Positions 46,093 through 56,691 of a stretch of DNA of 64,000 bases are shown piece after piece; position 1 is the first letter of the stretch, and each line of letters opens with the position of its first letter. Source of the stretch: an uncultured Clostridia bacterium (lineage in GTDB: Bacteria; Bacillota; Clostridia; Christensenellales; CAG-314); NCBI GenBank assembly GCA_947623225.1, contig CANQGO010000006.1, positions 1,732 through 65,731 of the forward strand. Direction: 5' to 3'. The notes under the pieces are model-generated. The model had not been told where the DNA came from, made no database searches, and saw nothing but the letters and a program-made list of their open reading frames with translations. The translations under genes were made by a program, and so were the position numbers.

Positions 46093-48926
46093 ATCTCATC
46101 ATCCAACTCGGGGAAGATATTGTCCAGTTCTTCCAACGTGATTTGTACACGCAACGGTTTTGAGTTTGGCTCGCTGGGAGACAAAGTCTCTACATAGCCC
46201 ATTCTCTGCAATGTATCCATGATACGTCCGGCACGGTTGAAGCCGATGCCGAGACTGCGTTGAATGGACGCGATGGACGCTCTGCCGCCCTGCTTTTCCA
46301 ACCAGAAACGCAGTGCTTTCTTGCAATACGGGTCTATGTCTTTGCCTTCGTCCTTGCCCTCTTCCTGAGCCTTGGCTTCTTCTTGCTGCTTCTGCGAGAC
46401 GAATATCTCTTCGGATATGTTCTCGTCGTAGTACAACTCGTTCATCTCGCGTGTGTAGTCCACCATTCCGCGAATCTCGTCATTGGATACGTACGCGCCC
46501 TGCACGCGCAGCAACTCCGCCGAGCCGGGAGACATGAACAGCATATCGCCCTTGCCCAGCAACTTTTCCGCGCCGCCGCCGTTGATGATGGTCACGCTGT
46601 CGGCAGGCGAGGAGACCTTGAGTGCCATACGGCAAGGAAGGTTTGCCTTGATCGTACCGGTGATGGTCTTTACGTCGGGACGCTGAGTAGCCAAGACGAT
46701 ATGGATACCTGCCGCTCTGGATTTCTGTGCCAGACGTTGCAGTTTGCTCTCGAATGCCTGCTTGCTCGCCGCCATCAGGTCTGCCAACTCGTCCACGATG
46801 AATACGAGATAAGGCATCTTCTGCGCCAGACGCGGATTGATACGGGCGTTGTACTCGCCGATATTGCCTACGCCGTTTTTGCGGAACAGTTGATAGCGCG
46901 CTTCCATCTCATTGATGAGGTAGTCCATGCCCGCGAGCGCGTCCGCGGGCTGCGTGATGGTCTCGCTGGTGAGCATGTGCGGAATACCGTTGTAGCGTGA
47001 CAGTTCGACAAACTTTGGGTCCACCATCACGAAACGAAGATATTCCGGTCCGTATCTGTACATAAGGCTGACGATGAGGCAGTTCAGAGCCACGCTCTTG
47101 CCCGATCCGGTCGCGCCTGCGATCAATAAGTGCGGCATCTCTGCCAGGTCGGAGACGATGACCTTGCCCGTTATATCCTGACCTATGGCAAATACGAGTT
47201 TGCCCTTTGCCTTCTTGAAGGCGTCGGACTCTATTATACTTCTGAGTACTACGGGACGCTTCACTTTGTTGGCGACCTCTATACCCACCTGATTGGTACC
47301 TTGCACGGGTGCCTCGATACGTATATCGTCCTGTGCCTCCACGCACGCCTTGATATCGTCGGAATAACTTGCGAACATATTCATACGCGTCTTTTGGGAA
47401 AGCACGTTGAACATATACCTCGTCACCGACGGTCCCACTATGGTATCGGCAAGTTCCACCTTGATACCGAATACCGCCAGCTTATTGGTGATAGCCTCCG
47501 CCGCACGTGCACGCGAATCCGCCTCGGTATCCTCCACTATGGTGATATCGTTCAGCAGGTCCACAACGGGCGGAACGTACTTGGGATATTTGTGTATCTT
47601 TGCCTGACTTTCTTCCAACTCTTTGCGCGGTACCAGGTCGATCTTGGTCTGCACGGCGGTACCGGCAGACGTCTCGATGACGGTCTCGCCCTCCACAGGC
47701 ACCAACTCATCACCTCTCGAATCGGATTCCTCCGCCCGCTGCGGTTCTTCGGTGTGCTCCTCAGACTCCCCAACGTTGTCGGACGTATCGTCTGTGTAAC
47801 TGTCCTCGACAAAGGACATATCGTCCTCTTCTTCCGCTATATCCGCCATATCCACGTCGTCGGAGTCCGCATCGTCGGATCGCGGCAACGGATCAACGTC
47901 GACGGTATCCACAACGATCGGAGACACGTCAGCCATGTCCTGCGGCTCGTCCGCAGGTGTATCTGAGGTTATCTTCCAGTCCGAAGCCTCCTCATGCTGT
48001 TCCGTAGTCGAGCCATAGGAGCCATCCGGGACAATGAATCCCTCCTCACGCGGCTGTTCCTGTCGAGGCTCTTGCTGCACGGGACGGAAGAAACTGTTGC
48101 CGCCGCTCGGTCTGTCCGTCGGCTGAGAAGGCTCGGCGTCGCTGCCGAACAGAATGTCGGACGCGCTGCTTGTTGTGGTCGGCTTCGGCGAGGGATCGTC
48201 CAGTGTAGACTGAGGTGCCACGTCGTACACGTCTCTTGTAACTCTGTCCGGGAAAGGACGATCGCCGAACAGCACCTCACGCGCTCTTTCGCGGTCGTCG
48301 TCTACCGGAGATACGGTGACGGGCGATACGGATATGGTATCGGGACTCGGTTCTATGTCGCTACGGACGGGTGCCGACTGCAAGGTCAACTTGCCCGTGA
48401 AGTAGGAATAGAAGAAATCACCGATGAAGTACACGGATACCCCCAGCAGTGCGACGATGACGATCATCGCGCCCCATACGGACAGTCCGTGTGTGAGTGC
48501 CCAGCATATGCAACCGAAAAATACACCGCCGAAGGTGGGAACGCCCATGACATTGTCATAATAGTTGTACACAAGTTGCACATAGCCCGTGCCCGTATCG
48601 TTGCGGAATTCATTGCTCATCAGGTACGTCGTGGTCAGCGTGTGCACGAAAAGCACGATCGCCACAAAAGTCAGTACAAAGAATACGGCATACCTGACGG
48701 GCACCTTCAGACTCTTGCCTGCCAGCACGAAGGAGCATATGACTATGACCGCCGCCATCATGCCGTAAAAAGACATTCCGAATGTGCCGAGGAAGAAGTT
48801 ACCGAAGTGGCGGAATCCGCCCTGCGCATATCTTCCGCTGAATGCGAAGATCACAAGCAAAGTAGCCACACATATGCCCACTATGCTTGCAATCATTTTC
48901 CCTTTTGAAACAGTACGTGACTTCAA
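46089..48926 (-). CDS. ftsK: DNA translocase FtsK/SpoIIIE
   Basis: N-terminal TM helices, a long acidic low-complexity linker, a motor domain with GATGSGKS and a gamma (winged-helix) C-terminus. I prefer TTG 48926, 7 nt after GGAGG; the ORF track extends to 48956. Confidence 0.9.
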   Translation of the reverse strand: MKSRTVSKGKMIASIVGICVATLLVIFAFSGRYAQGGFRHFGNFFLGTFGMSFYGMMAAVIVICSFVLAGKSLKVPVRYAVFFVLTFVAIVLFVHTLTTTYLMSNEFRNDTGTGYVQLVYNYYDNVMGVPTFGGVFFGCICWALTHGLSVWGAMIVIVALLGVSVYFIGDFFYSYFTGKLTLQSAPVRSDIEPSPDTISVSPVTVSPVDDDRERAREVLFGDRPFPDRVTRDVYDVAPQSTLDDPSPKPTTTSSASDILFGSDAEPSQPTDRPSGGNSFFRPVQQEPRQEQPREEGFIVPDGSYGSTTEQHEEASDWKITSDTPADEPQDMADVSPIVVDTVDVDPLPRSDDADSDDVDMADIAEEEDDMSFVEDSYTDDTSDNVGESEEHTEEPQRAEESDSRGDELVPVEGETVIETSAGTAVQTKIDLVPRKELEESQAKIHKYPKYVPPVVDLLNDITIVEDTEADSRARAAEAITNKLAVFGIKVELADTIVGPSVTRYMFNVLSQKTRMNMFASYSDDIKACVEAQDDIRIEAPVQGTNQVGIEVANKVKRPVVLRSIIESDAFKKAKGKLVFAIGQDITGKVIVSDLAEMPHLLIAGATGSGKSVALNCLIVSLMYRYGPEYLRFVMVDPKFVELSRYNGIPHMLTSETITQPADALAGMDYLINEMEARYQLFRKNGVGNIGEYNARINPRLAQKMPYLVFIVDELADLMAASKQAFESKLQRLAQKSRAAGIHIVLATQRPDVKTITGTIKANLPCRMALKVSSPADSVTIINGGGAEKLLGKGDMLFMSPGSAELLRVQGAYVSNDEIRGMVDYTREMNELYYDENISEEIFVSQKQQEEAKAQEEGKDEGKDIDPYCKKALRFWLEKQGGRASIASIQRSLGIGFNRAGRIMDTLQRMGYVETLSPSEPNSKPLRVQITLEELDNIFPELDDEI

Positions 48927-49071
48927 ACCGTCACCTCCTTGCACTATCTCGTCCACGAGGACACAGATATTACACTATATAAGAATTATTATACTATAAT
49001 GTCGGTAAATAATCAACAGTTGAAAATCAAAGTATAGACTATTTTTTTTACTATTCTGCGTGCCGCTCGGC

Positions 49072-50340
49072 TCAGTCGTGCAAGGCGTGTAAGTCCAATT
49101 GCGCCACGGCGCGATAGTCGGCATTGCGCGGTCCCACATATGCAGACGCGTGCGGCTGAGAGAATATCTTCCTCGCCACTTCCGCTATATCTGCCTCCGT
49201 CACCGCTCGGTAACTGTCCACTTCCTTGTCCGCGTCGTACCGCTCGTTCATCTTCAGCATGGATCTGCCGTACAGGCGCATAAGCGTCATATTGCTTTCG
49301 ACATTCATATACAACGAATTGATCGCCTGCATACGCGCACGCTTGAGTTCCCTTTCGGTGATACCGTCGCGTAGCAATTTGTCTATCTCTCCGCCTATCA
49401 GCTCACATACTCGGGCGCAGTTCTCCGGACTCAGACCGGCATATATCTCGAAGGTGCCGCAGTTTGAGTAATAGGACGGATAAGCGTATACGGAATAAGC
49501 CAATCCGTTCTGCTCGCGCACTACCTGATTCAGCCGACTGGACAGTCCGCCGCCCAGAATGGAAGCCAGCATGTTGTTGGCACAGCGTTGCCCGGCACCC
49601 AGAGGGAAACCGCCCCAGGCAAGTTGGATATGGGACTGCTCGGTATGCTTGAATCTATGCAGAGATCTTGCGCGATAGGTCACCTCCGGCTCTGCCGGAT
49701 ACGGCTCCGAGTGAGTATAATATTGCTCGAAATACCTGTCTACCAGTCTGTCCACCTCGTCGGGGTCGAATTTGCCGCAGACGGACACCACCGTAGCGCG
49801 GGGAAGATAGTGCTTGTTTTTGAAAGCGAGAATACTATGTCTGTCGGCATTGCGGATATTGCCTATACTGCCGAGAATGGTCCTGCCCAACGGCTGTCCG
49901 TAGAACAGTGCCTCGGATATGAGGTCCTGACTCACGTCGTCGGGTGTGTCGTTGCACATTTTGATCTCTTCGATGACGACGCCCTTTTCCCTTTCCAGTT
50001 CCTCTTCCGGTACGGACGCGTTGAAGTACATATCCGCGAGTATGTCCATGCACCGTTCCAGGTCGCTTGCTACCGACTTGGTATAGAAACATGTCGTATC
50101 TTTTGCCGTATATGCGTTGATATTCGCGCCCATATCGTCTATCTCTTCGGATATCTGCAGGCATGTACGCCTGTCGGTGCCCTTGAATACGAGGTGCTCT
50201 ATGAAGTGAGAATAGCCGTTGTCTGCGGCGGTCTCGCGCACGCAGCCCACGTCGACGAATACGCCGAGGGATACGGTATAGCAGTCCGTTTGCTTGCCTA
50301 CCAGTCTCAATCCGCTGGGATATTGTTTGTAGATGTCCAT
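49072..50340 (-). CDS. M16 family (insulinase-like) zinc peptidase
   Basis: HFIEH (HxxEH) motif near the N-terminus. The MDIYKQYPSG start is at 50340. The ORF-track extension to 50538 overlaps the upstream gene. Confidence 0.8.
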   Translation of the reverse strand: MDIYKQYPSGLRLVGKQTDCYTVSLGVFVDVGCVRETAADNGYSHFIEHLVFKGTDRRTCLQISEEIDDMGANINAYTAKDTTCFYTKSVASDLERCMDILADMYFNASVPEEELEREKGVVIEEIKMCNDTPDDVSQDLISEALFYGQPLGRTILGSIGNIRNADRHSILAFKNKHYLPRATVVSVCGKFDPDEVDRLVDRYFEQYYTHSEPYPAEPEVTYRARSLHRFKHTEQSHIQLAWGGFPLGAGQRCANNMLASILGGGLSSRLNQVVREQNGLAYSVYAYPSYYSNCGTFEIYAGLSPENCARVCELIGGEIDKLLRDGITERELKRARMQAINSLYMNVESNMTLMRLYGRSMLKMNERYDADKEVDSYRAVTEADIAEVARKIFSQPHASAYVGPRNADYRAVAQLDLHALHD

Positions 50341-51110
50341 ACTTCTCCTATATTCGCGCTGACGGGTACGACGGAAAACCCGTGCTCGCGATAATATGCT
50401 ATGATCCTGTCCAATGCGTCCCGCGTGTGTGCCGTGGGGTGCATAAGTATCAATTCTCCGTCGCTTGTATTCTTGGTGGCGCGGGAGTACACAGTCTCGC
50501 TGTCCTTGTCCCGCCAGTCTATGGTGTCGCGCGACCACATGACCGTCTTGTAGCCGTTGTCCGAAGCCGCGCGCAGCGTCTCCGTGCCGAAGTCACCGCC
50601 CGGCGGAGCGAAAAGCGTCATGTTCACGCCGCTGTACTCCAGCACGAGTTTGCCGCAGGCGTTGATCTCGCGGACATTTTCCGCATAGTCCAACTTGCTG
50701 TGCTCCTTGTGCGAGTAGCCGTGATTGCCTATCTCGTGTCCGTGCGCCACCATCCGACACAGCACCTCGGGATAGCGCGCCACCCAACTGCCGCCCACAA
50801 AGAAGGTTATTTTGATACCGTATTTGTCAAATATTGCCAAAATGTCATCGATATATTCCGTGCCCCAATATACGTTCATCATCAACGACACCTGCTTGCT
50901 GCCGCTGCCGCGGTATATGGGTGAGCCGTCGCCGCTGCTGAATACGTTGGTGGACGTGCCTACGAATCCGATCGCCGCCACCGCCGCAATGAGGGCTACG
51001 AGAATGACATTTGCCACGACGTGAGTAAACAATTTACCTTTCATATCTTCACCGCTATAACTATTAGTCCGCCTGAGTCGATCTACGATCGAGACAAGTT
51101 GCCAATTCAT
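50307..51110 (-). CDS. polysaccharide deacetylase family protein (YlxY/PdaB-like)
   Basis: 267 aa with an N-terminal TM and a NodB homology domain (TFFVGGSW, GNHGYSH). Its position after pnp matches ylxY of Bacillus. Confidence 0.8.
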   Translation of the reverse strand: MNWQLVSIVDRLRRTNSYSGEDMKGKLFTHVVANVILVALIAAVAAIGFVGTSTNVFSSGDGSPIYRGSGSKQVSLMMNVYWGTEYIDDILAIFDKYGIKITFFVGGSWVARYPEVLCRMVAHGHEIGNHGYSHKEHSKLDYAENVREINACGKLVLEYSGVNMTLFAPPGGDFGTETLRAASDNGYKTVMWSRDTIDWRDKDSETVYSRATKNTSDGELILMHPTAHTRDALDRIIAYYREHGFSVVPVSANIGEVWTSTNNIPAD

Positions 51111-51200
51111 TATATTAGTGAATAGTGAAATAAATATTTACTTTTCTATTTCAGCAAAAACACCCCGCTGAATTGCACAGCAGGGTGTTCGAGCCGTCTT

Positions 51201-53321
51201 TTACAGTTTTTTGATCAATTTGAGGTCGATACCCTTGTCGCTGACCTTGATCACCTTGACATGTACAGTGTCGCCGATATTCACGACGTCCGTCACCTTG
51301 TCCACGTGCTCCTTGGACAGTTTGGAAATGTGTATCATTCCGTCCTTGCCGGGAGCAAGTTCCACGAACGCGCCGAAGTTGAGTATACGCACTACTTCGC
51401 CGGTATATTCGTCGCCCACTTCCGGATCCTGAGCGATGGTCAGGATGAGTTTCTTTGCCTTGTCGGACATCTCGCGGTCGGGAGTGGCAATGAATACCGT
51501 TCCGTCGTCGGTGATATCTATCTTCACGCCGGTCATATCTATTATCTTATTGATAGTCTTGCCGCCGCTGCCGATGACCTCTCTGATCTTGTCCGGGTCG
51601 ATGGTGAAGGAAATGATCTTAGGCGCGTACTTGGAGAGTTCTTCTCTCGGTGCAGGCAGTACGGAGAGCATCTTGTCCAGAATGAACAGTCTGCCCTGAC
51701 GAGCCTGCTCCAGAGCGGTACGCAGGATATATTCGTCGATACCCTTGATCTTGATATCCATCTGTATAGCCGTGATACCCTTTGCCGTACCGGCGACTTT
51801 GAAGTCCATATCGCCGAGGAAGTCCTCGAGACCCTGTATATCGGACAGGATAGCCACCTTGCTGCCGTCTTCGGACTTCATCAAGCCCATAGCGATACCG
51901 GCGACAGGTGCCTTGATGGGTACGCCTGCGTCCATGAGTGCCAGCGTCGAGCCGCACACGCTCGCCTGAGACGTGCTTCCGTTGCTGCTGACCACTTCGC
52001 TGACCGTACGGATGGCGTAGGGGAATTCTTCTTCGCTGGGGATGACGGGTTCCAACGCTCTCTCCGCAAGTGCGCCGTGACCTATCTCGCGTCTGCCGGG
52101 GCTACGAAGGGGCTTAGCCTCGCCCGTAGAATAACCGGGCATGTTGTAATGATGCATGTAGCGTTTGAATGTATCGTTGTCGTCCAGGTTTTCCAGCTTC
52201 TGCACTTCGGATATGGTGCCCAACGTCGCTGTAGTGATGACCTGCGTCATACCGCGGGTGAATACGCCGCTGCCGTGCACTCTGGGCAATATGCCCGCTT
52301 CGCACCATATGGGACGGATCTCCGTCAGTGCTCTGCCGTCGGGACGAATGCCTTCGTTCAGGATACGCGCGCGCACCTTTTCCTTGGTCATCTTGTACAA
52401 TACGTCGCCTATGCTGTCCAGTACCTCGGGGTTTGTCTCGGCGAAATGCTCTCTGACCTTGCGCTCCACTTCGTCCTGGTTGGCTTGACGCTCGTATCTG
52501 TCGAATGTCTTGAGTGCTTCCGTCAGCATCTCGTCCGCATAGGGACGGATGATGGCTTCATGCTCTGCGGGAGGCAGATACAGTTGCACTTCCTTCTTGG
52601 GCTTGCCCACCTGCTCGCGGATCCACTCGATGAATTCGCACTGCTCCTTGATGGCTTCATGCCCGAACAGGATAGCGTCCAGCATCTCCTTCTCGGATAT
52701 CTCGTTGGCTCCAGCCTCCACCATCATGATGGCGTCCTTGGTGCCGGCGAGGTTAAGGTTCAGCAGACTCTTCTCACGCTGCTCCGCGTTGGGGTTGATG
52801 ATATACTCGCCGTCCACATATCCTACGACTACGCTGCCCGTGGGGCCTGCGAAGGGGATATCTGAAATGGTCAGCGCGATGGAGCTGCCCATCATGGCGT
52901 ACACTTCCGGCTGAATGTCCGGCTCTACCGACATGGCGGTAGCGATGACGGATACGTCGTTGAGGAATCCCTTCGGGAACAGCGGACGTATGGGTCTGTC
53001 TATAAGACGAGAGGTAAGTATGGCCTTGTCGCTGGCTCTGCCTTCTCTCTTTTTGAAACCGCCGGGTATTTTGCCGACGGAGTACATTTTCTCTTCGAAG
53101 TCTACTCCGAGCGGAAAGAAGTCTATACCGTCACGCGGCTTGTCTGCCAGAGTGACATTGGTCATGACCACCGTCTCACCGCAGGACACCATGACGGAAC
53201 CGTTTGCCTGCTCGGCATACTTGCCGACTTCTACGCTGACGGTCCTTCCGCCGATCTCCATTTGGAATATCTGGTAATCTCTATTACCGATCTTCCCGTC
53301 AATTCTCTTAAATTCTTGCAT
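51201..53321 (-). CDS. pnp: polyribonucleotide nucleotidyltransferase (PNPase)
   Basis: 706 aa with two RNase PH domains, KH and S1 domains. Confidence 0.97.
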   Translation of the reverse strand: MQEFKRIDGKIGNRDYQIFQMEIGGRTVSVEVGKYAEQANGSVMVSCGETVVMTNVTLADKPRDGIDFFPLGVDFEEKMYSVGKIPGGFKKREGRASDKAILTSRLIDRPIRPLFPKGFLNDVSVIATAMSVEPDIQPEVYAMMGSSIALTISDIPFAGPTGSVVVGYVDGEYIINPNAEQREKSLLNLNLAGTKDAIMMVEAGANEISEKEMLDAILFGHEAIKEQCEFIEWIREQVGKPKKEVQLYLPPAEHEAIIRPYADEMLTEALKTFDRYERQANQDEVERKVREHFAETNPEVLDSIGDVLYKMTKEKVRARILNEGIRPDGRALTEIRPIWCEAGILPRVHGSGVFTRGMTQVITTATLGTISEVQKLENLDDNDTFKRYMHHYNMPGYSTGEAKPLRSPGRREIGHGALAERALEPVIPSEEEFPYAIRTVSEVVSSNGSTSQASVCGSTLALMDAGVPIKAPVAGIAMGLMKSEDGSKVAILSDIQGLEDFLGDMDFKVAGTAKGITAIQMDIKIKGIDEYILRTALEQARQGRLFILDKMLSVLPAPREELSKYAPKIISFTIDPDKIREVIGSGGKTINKIIDMTGVKIDITDDGTVFIATPDREMSDKAKKLILTIAQDPEVGDEYTGEVVRILNFGAFVELAPGKDGMIHISKLSKEHVDKVTDVVNIGDTVHVKVIKVSDKGIDLKLIKKL

Positions 53322-53434
53322 CTTTTCTCTTTCTCCTTACTCTATATTTCCCTTGAAAAGCGTCATATATGCTTTTCGTAATTTGTCAAAATCAAGCGAC
53401 GGCACAGAAAATGCCGTGCACAGCAGGTGAATGC

Positions 53435-53479
53435 GAAAAAAGGGAGAAAAGGCGAGGATCGTTTTGCCCTTTCTCCCTT
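53435..53479 (-). terminator. rpsO terminator / pnp leader hairpin
   Basis: On the minus strand, AAGGGAGAAAGG...CCTTTTCTCCCTT followed by TTTTT. Confidence 0.7.
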
Positions 53480-53486
53480 GTCGACA

Positions 53487-53741
53487 TTACTTTCTCAGTC
53501 CCAAATCTGCAATGATCTTGCGGTATTTTTCAATGTCCGTCTGCTTGAGGTAATCCAACAAACCCTTTCTGCGTCCAACCATCTGCAGCAAGCCGCGTCT
53601 GGAATGGTGATCCTTCTGGTGGGTCCTCAAATGCTCGGTCAAGTGATTGATACGCTCTGTAAGCAGTGCGATCTGGACTTCCGGCGAACCTGTATCGCCT
53701 TCTTTTCTGCCATATCTGGCAATAATCTCTTGCTTTGTCAT
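53487..53741 (-). CDS. rpsO: 30S ribosomal protein S15
   Basis: 84 aa ([24 protein letters not shown]), with an AAGGAG SD. Confidence 0.97.
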   Translation of the reverse strand: MTKQEIIARYGRKEGDTGSPEVQIALLTERINHLTEHLRTHQKDHHSRRGLLQMVGRRKGLLDYLKQTDIEKYRKIIADLGLRK

Positions 53742-53828
53742 TATCTTTTCTCCTTATTTATATTTGCCGCAATCTACGAAGCAGTCGGAGTCGTCTGGCT
53801 TCGGAGAATCGGTATATTGACTATATGA

Positions 53829-55910
53829 CTATTCCTCGTCCTTTTTGTCGGAGGTGACTACGTCCTCTCTGGGCAGCAGTGCCTTGCGGGACAGAGTGAT
53901 ACGCTTGTTCTCTTTGTCGAACTCCAGCACTTCCACTTCGATCTCGTCGCCTACTTTCAGAGCGGTATTGATATCGTCCAGCCACTCCCAGGATACATTG
54001 GATACGTGGAGCAAGCCGTCAATGTGCTTGTCCAACTCCACGAATGCGCCAAAGGGCATGATACGTGCGACTCTGCCGACTACGTGTGCGCCCACGGGGA
54101 ACTTCTCTTCCGCTATATCCCAGGGCTGCGGTTGCAGTTGCTTGTATCCCAAAGAGACTCTGTTCTTCTCTCTGTCCAGTGCAAGCACGACGAACTCATA
54201 GGTCTTGCCTATCTCCAGCACTTCGGCAGGTCCGGAGATGCGCTCCCAGGACAGATCCGTCGAGTGGGCAAGGCAGTCGAAGCCGCGCACGTCCACGAAG
54301 GCACCGAAGGGTGCGAATCTGAGCACTTTGCCGTCGACGATCTCGCCGACTTCTATATTGTTCCAGAACTCGTCCTCTTTGGCTTTCTTCTCGGCGAGCA
54401 GTATCTGCTTCTGGCTGGCGAAGATGACGCGTTTGCGATCGTCGATCTTGTCCGGTCCGCTCACCACGAGTCTCAGCGTCTTACCGAGATACTCATTGAG
54501 ATTCTTGACGTAGCCGATACGTATCTGAGACGCATGCACGATGACGGTGTAGCTGCCCAGCTTGCCCGTGAGGCACTCCTTGCCTACGCGAGTCATCATG
54601 ACCTGGAACTCGTTGCCCTGCTTGATGCCCTCGACAAGCGCGTCGTCCTTGTATCTCTCGTCTATGATCTTCTTAGAAAGAGTTATACCCTTCTCTACCG
54701 AAATGACGGCACAGTCCAGCGTGGTCTTTTCCGTATCGTCCGCTTCCATAGCCTCTTTCAGCTGCGCCTTCACTGCCTGATAGTCTCCGTCCATGGACAG
54801 TTCGTCGTTGGGAATGAAGCCTTCCTTCTTGGAACTGGGAATGCTGACGTACACGCCGTCGTCACTCACCAGCACTACACGGCACTTGACTTTCTGACCG
54901 AGTTTATATCTGTGGCCTTCCTTCATCTCGGAAACGGCTTTGGCAAGCATGGCTTCATTCTTGTCCATCACCTTTTCTTCCGTCGGCGTAGGCTCTTCCA
55001 CAGTCACTGCGTCATCTGTCACTACGTCCTCAGTCACGATTTCTTCGCGATCGGTCTCGACCGGCTCTTCGGATACAACCGTTTCTACGGTATCTTTTGC
55101 ATTTTCACTCATTGTTTTCAAAACCCCCTTGATCAACTCTGTCGGAGTTGATGCGCCTGATATTACACAGACATTTTTACATTTAGAAGTGTCAATATCC
55201 GCCGATCCGTCCGTCAATACAGTCCTGCAGTTTTGGGAAGCGATCTCGTACAGCCGTCTTGTATTGGAACTGTTCGCGTCGCCCACCACCACGGCAAGGT
55301 CGCATCGAGCGGATAGGAGTCGGGCATAATACTGCCTTTGTGAAGTAGTATAACAAATTGTATTAAATATTTCAAGCGTTTTGACGTGGTCTGTTGAAAT
55401 ATTTTGCAAACTTTTTTCAAAAAAGCGTGTATCGAAGGTGGTTTGGAACATGATCAGCACCTTTTCGGCGTCGTCGAGCACCAATTTGCCCTTTCCGTCG
55501 AAGACGATCGCCGAGTTGTCGCACCACCCGTTGATACCTATGATCTCCGGATGCGAGGCGTCGCCTATGAGCACTATCCTGTAGCCTTCGCGGTGATAGC
55601 GTCTTGCCTTCTGCTGGATGGCTCGTACCGACGGGCAGGTGGCATCCACTATCCTGATGCCCCGCGCAGCCGCCTTCTCGTACACGCTTTCCGGCGCGCC
55701 GTGCGCCCGTATGACCATAGTCTCGCCGTCCGGCACCTCGTCCACGCTGTCCACGGTGATCAAGCCCCTCTCGCGTAGCTGCTCGGACACGTGCTCGTTG
55801 TGCACGAGTTGCCCCAGACAGTATGCCCTGCCGCCTATGGACATTGCCTTGTCTATAGCGGAGGAAACGCCGTTGCAAAACCCGACTTCCTTGGGCAGCC
55901 ATATCTTCAT
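53829..55910 (-). CDS. ispH: bifunctional 4-hydroxy-3-methylbut-2-enyl diphosphate reductase / ribosomal protein S1
   Basis: 693 aa. The N-terminal ~280 aa are IspH-like (GFCNGV, conserved Cys). An acidic linker follows, then four S1 repeats. This fusion is common in Clostridia. Confidence 0.9.
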   Translation of the reverse strand: MKIWLPKEVGFCNGVSSAIDKAMSIGGRAYCLGQLVHNEHVSEQLRERGLITVDSVDEVPDGETMVIRAHGAPESVYEKAAARGIRIVDATCPSVRAIQQKARRYHREGYRIVLIGDASHPEIIGINGWCDNSAIVFDGKGKLVLDDAEKVLIMFQTTFDTRFFEKSLQNISTDHVKTLEIFNTICYTTSQRQYYARLLSARCDLAVVVGDANSSNTRRLYEIASQNCRTVLTDGSADIDTSKCKNVCVISGASTPTELIKGVLKTMSENAKDTVETVVSEEPVETDREEIVTEDVVTDDAVTVEEPTPTEEKVMDKNEAMLAKAVSEMKEGHRYKLGQKVKCRVVLVSDDGVYVSIPSSKKEGFIPNDELSMDGDYQAVKAQLKEAMEADDTEKTTLDCAVISVEKGITLSKKIIDERYKDDALVEGIKQGNEFQVMMTRVGKECLTGKLGSYTVIVHASQIRIGYVKNLNEYLGKTLRLVVSGPDKIDDRKRVIFASQKQILLAEKKAKEDEFWNNIEVGEIVDGKVLRFAPFGAFVDVRGFDCLAHSTDLSWERISGPAEVLEIGKTYEFVVLALDREKNRVSLGYKQLQPQPWDIAEEKFPVGAHVVGRVARIMPFGAFVELDKHIDGLLHVSNVSWEWLDDINTALKVGDEIEVEVLEFDKENKRITLSRKALLPREDVVTSDKKDEE

Positions 55911-56617
55911 GCGTCATCCTCCTGCGACCCTGTAGTCTCGGCAAGCGAACGCTCGTAAGCGTCCAACTTTGCCTGTTCCTTCTTGGTACGGCGGCGGCGA
56001 CGTACGCCCTTCTCCGCCAATATCTCGTTCAGGCGGATACGCAACTCGTCCACCTTGCGCCATATGACGGCGGTGGCTTCCTCCAGAGTGCTCTTGTCCA
56101 ATGTCTTGTCGTAGAACTCTTCCAACGTGAACTCGTCGCCCACTATCATATAGTTTTTGGCGAACGCCTTTGTCTTGTCCCAGATATAAAAAGGACGTAT
56201 GGGCGAGCGGGTCTTGATGGCGAAGAGAGCCGCGCCGGTATGGAACTCCTGCAGGCAGTCCACTCGCGGATTGCGCGTGCCCTCGGGAAACACGCATACG
56301 CTCCTGTCCTCCTTGAGCAGGCGCAGCACCTGCTTGGTCGCGCTCATATCCGCCTCGCCCCTATGTACCGGTACGCAATCCAGTCCGTGCAGTACCCATC
56401 TGAGAAAGGCGTTGTCGTCGAATTCCGATTTATACATAAATGAGACGATATTTTTCATTCTCATAGTATATACAAGCGGATCCCAACCGGATATATGATT
56501 GCCCACTATCAAACTTTTTTTGTTGGGGATATCACGTTCGCCTATCACCTTGACGGGAAACAGCGGCTTGCATAAGCACCGTGCGAACCTGACCAAAAAG
56601 TTGACGAATTTGTTCAT
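55907..56617 (-). CDS. plsC: 1-acyl-sn-glycerol-3-phosphate acyltransferase
   Basis: 236 aa with the NHISGWDP (HxxxxD) and FPEGTR motifs. Confidence 0.8.
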   Translation of the reverse strand: MNKFVNFLVRFARCLCKPLFPVKVIGERDIPNKKSLIVGNHISGWDPLVYTMRMKNIVSFMYKSEFDDNAFLRWVLHGLDCVPVHRGEADMSATKQVLRLLKEDRSVCVFPEGTRNPRVDCLQEFHTGAALFAIKTRSPIRPFYIWDKTKAFAKNYMIVGDEFTLEEFYDKTLDKSTLEEATAVIWRKVDELRIRLNEILAEKGVRRRRRTKKEQAKLDAYERSLAETTGSQEDDA

Positions 56618-56691
56618 CTGAACTCCTTTTTTATAAAAACTTGTCCATTATATGCTTGCTCGGCGAGAAACGGACCTACCGACGGCGAAGA

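Noticed and set aside
47700-48350. Acidic, Pro/Asp/Glu-rich low-complexity DNA inside ftsK as a possible repeat array
   Set aside because: It is the usual variable linker between the FtsK membrane and motor domains. I saw no regular repeat-spacer periodicity, and no CRISPR-like array anywhere in the window.
50307-50340. 34-nt overlap between the deacetylase stop and the M16 peptidase start
   Set aside because: It is most simply explained by uncertainty in the M16 start codon. There is no evidence of recoding.
49072-50538. N-terminal extensions offered by the ORF track for several genes (M16 peptidase to 50538, flavoprotein to 58427, aroH to 57165, mutS from 22235, miaA from 26768, rluB to 59745, rny to 41087)
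   Set aside because: The extensions overlap the preceding gene and read as Arg-rich nonsense. Conserved N-terminal motifs and SD sequences support the internal starts used in the feature table.
51261-52865. 534-aa plus-strand ORF, and similar long antisense ORFs (39774-41030, 54006-55151, 60669-61715, 45307-46197, 47994-48908, 34572-35387)
   Set aside because: All are antisense to strongly supported conserved genes (pnp, rny, ispH-rpsA, dacB, rimO, ftsK, hflX). Their translations are Arg/His/Leu-rich nonsense.
53829-55910. IspH fused to ribosomal protein S1 as a possible novel fusion
   Set aside because: From established knowledge, this bifunctional ispH/rpsA arrangement is common in Clostridia, so it is not novel.
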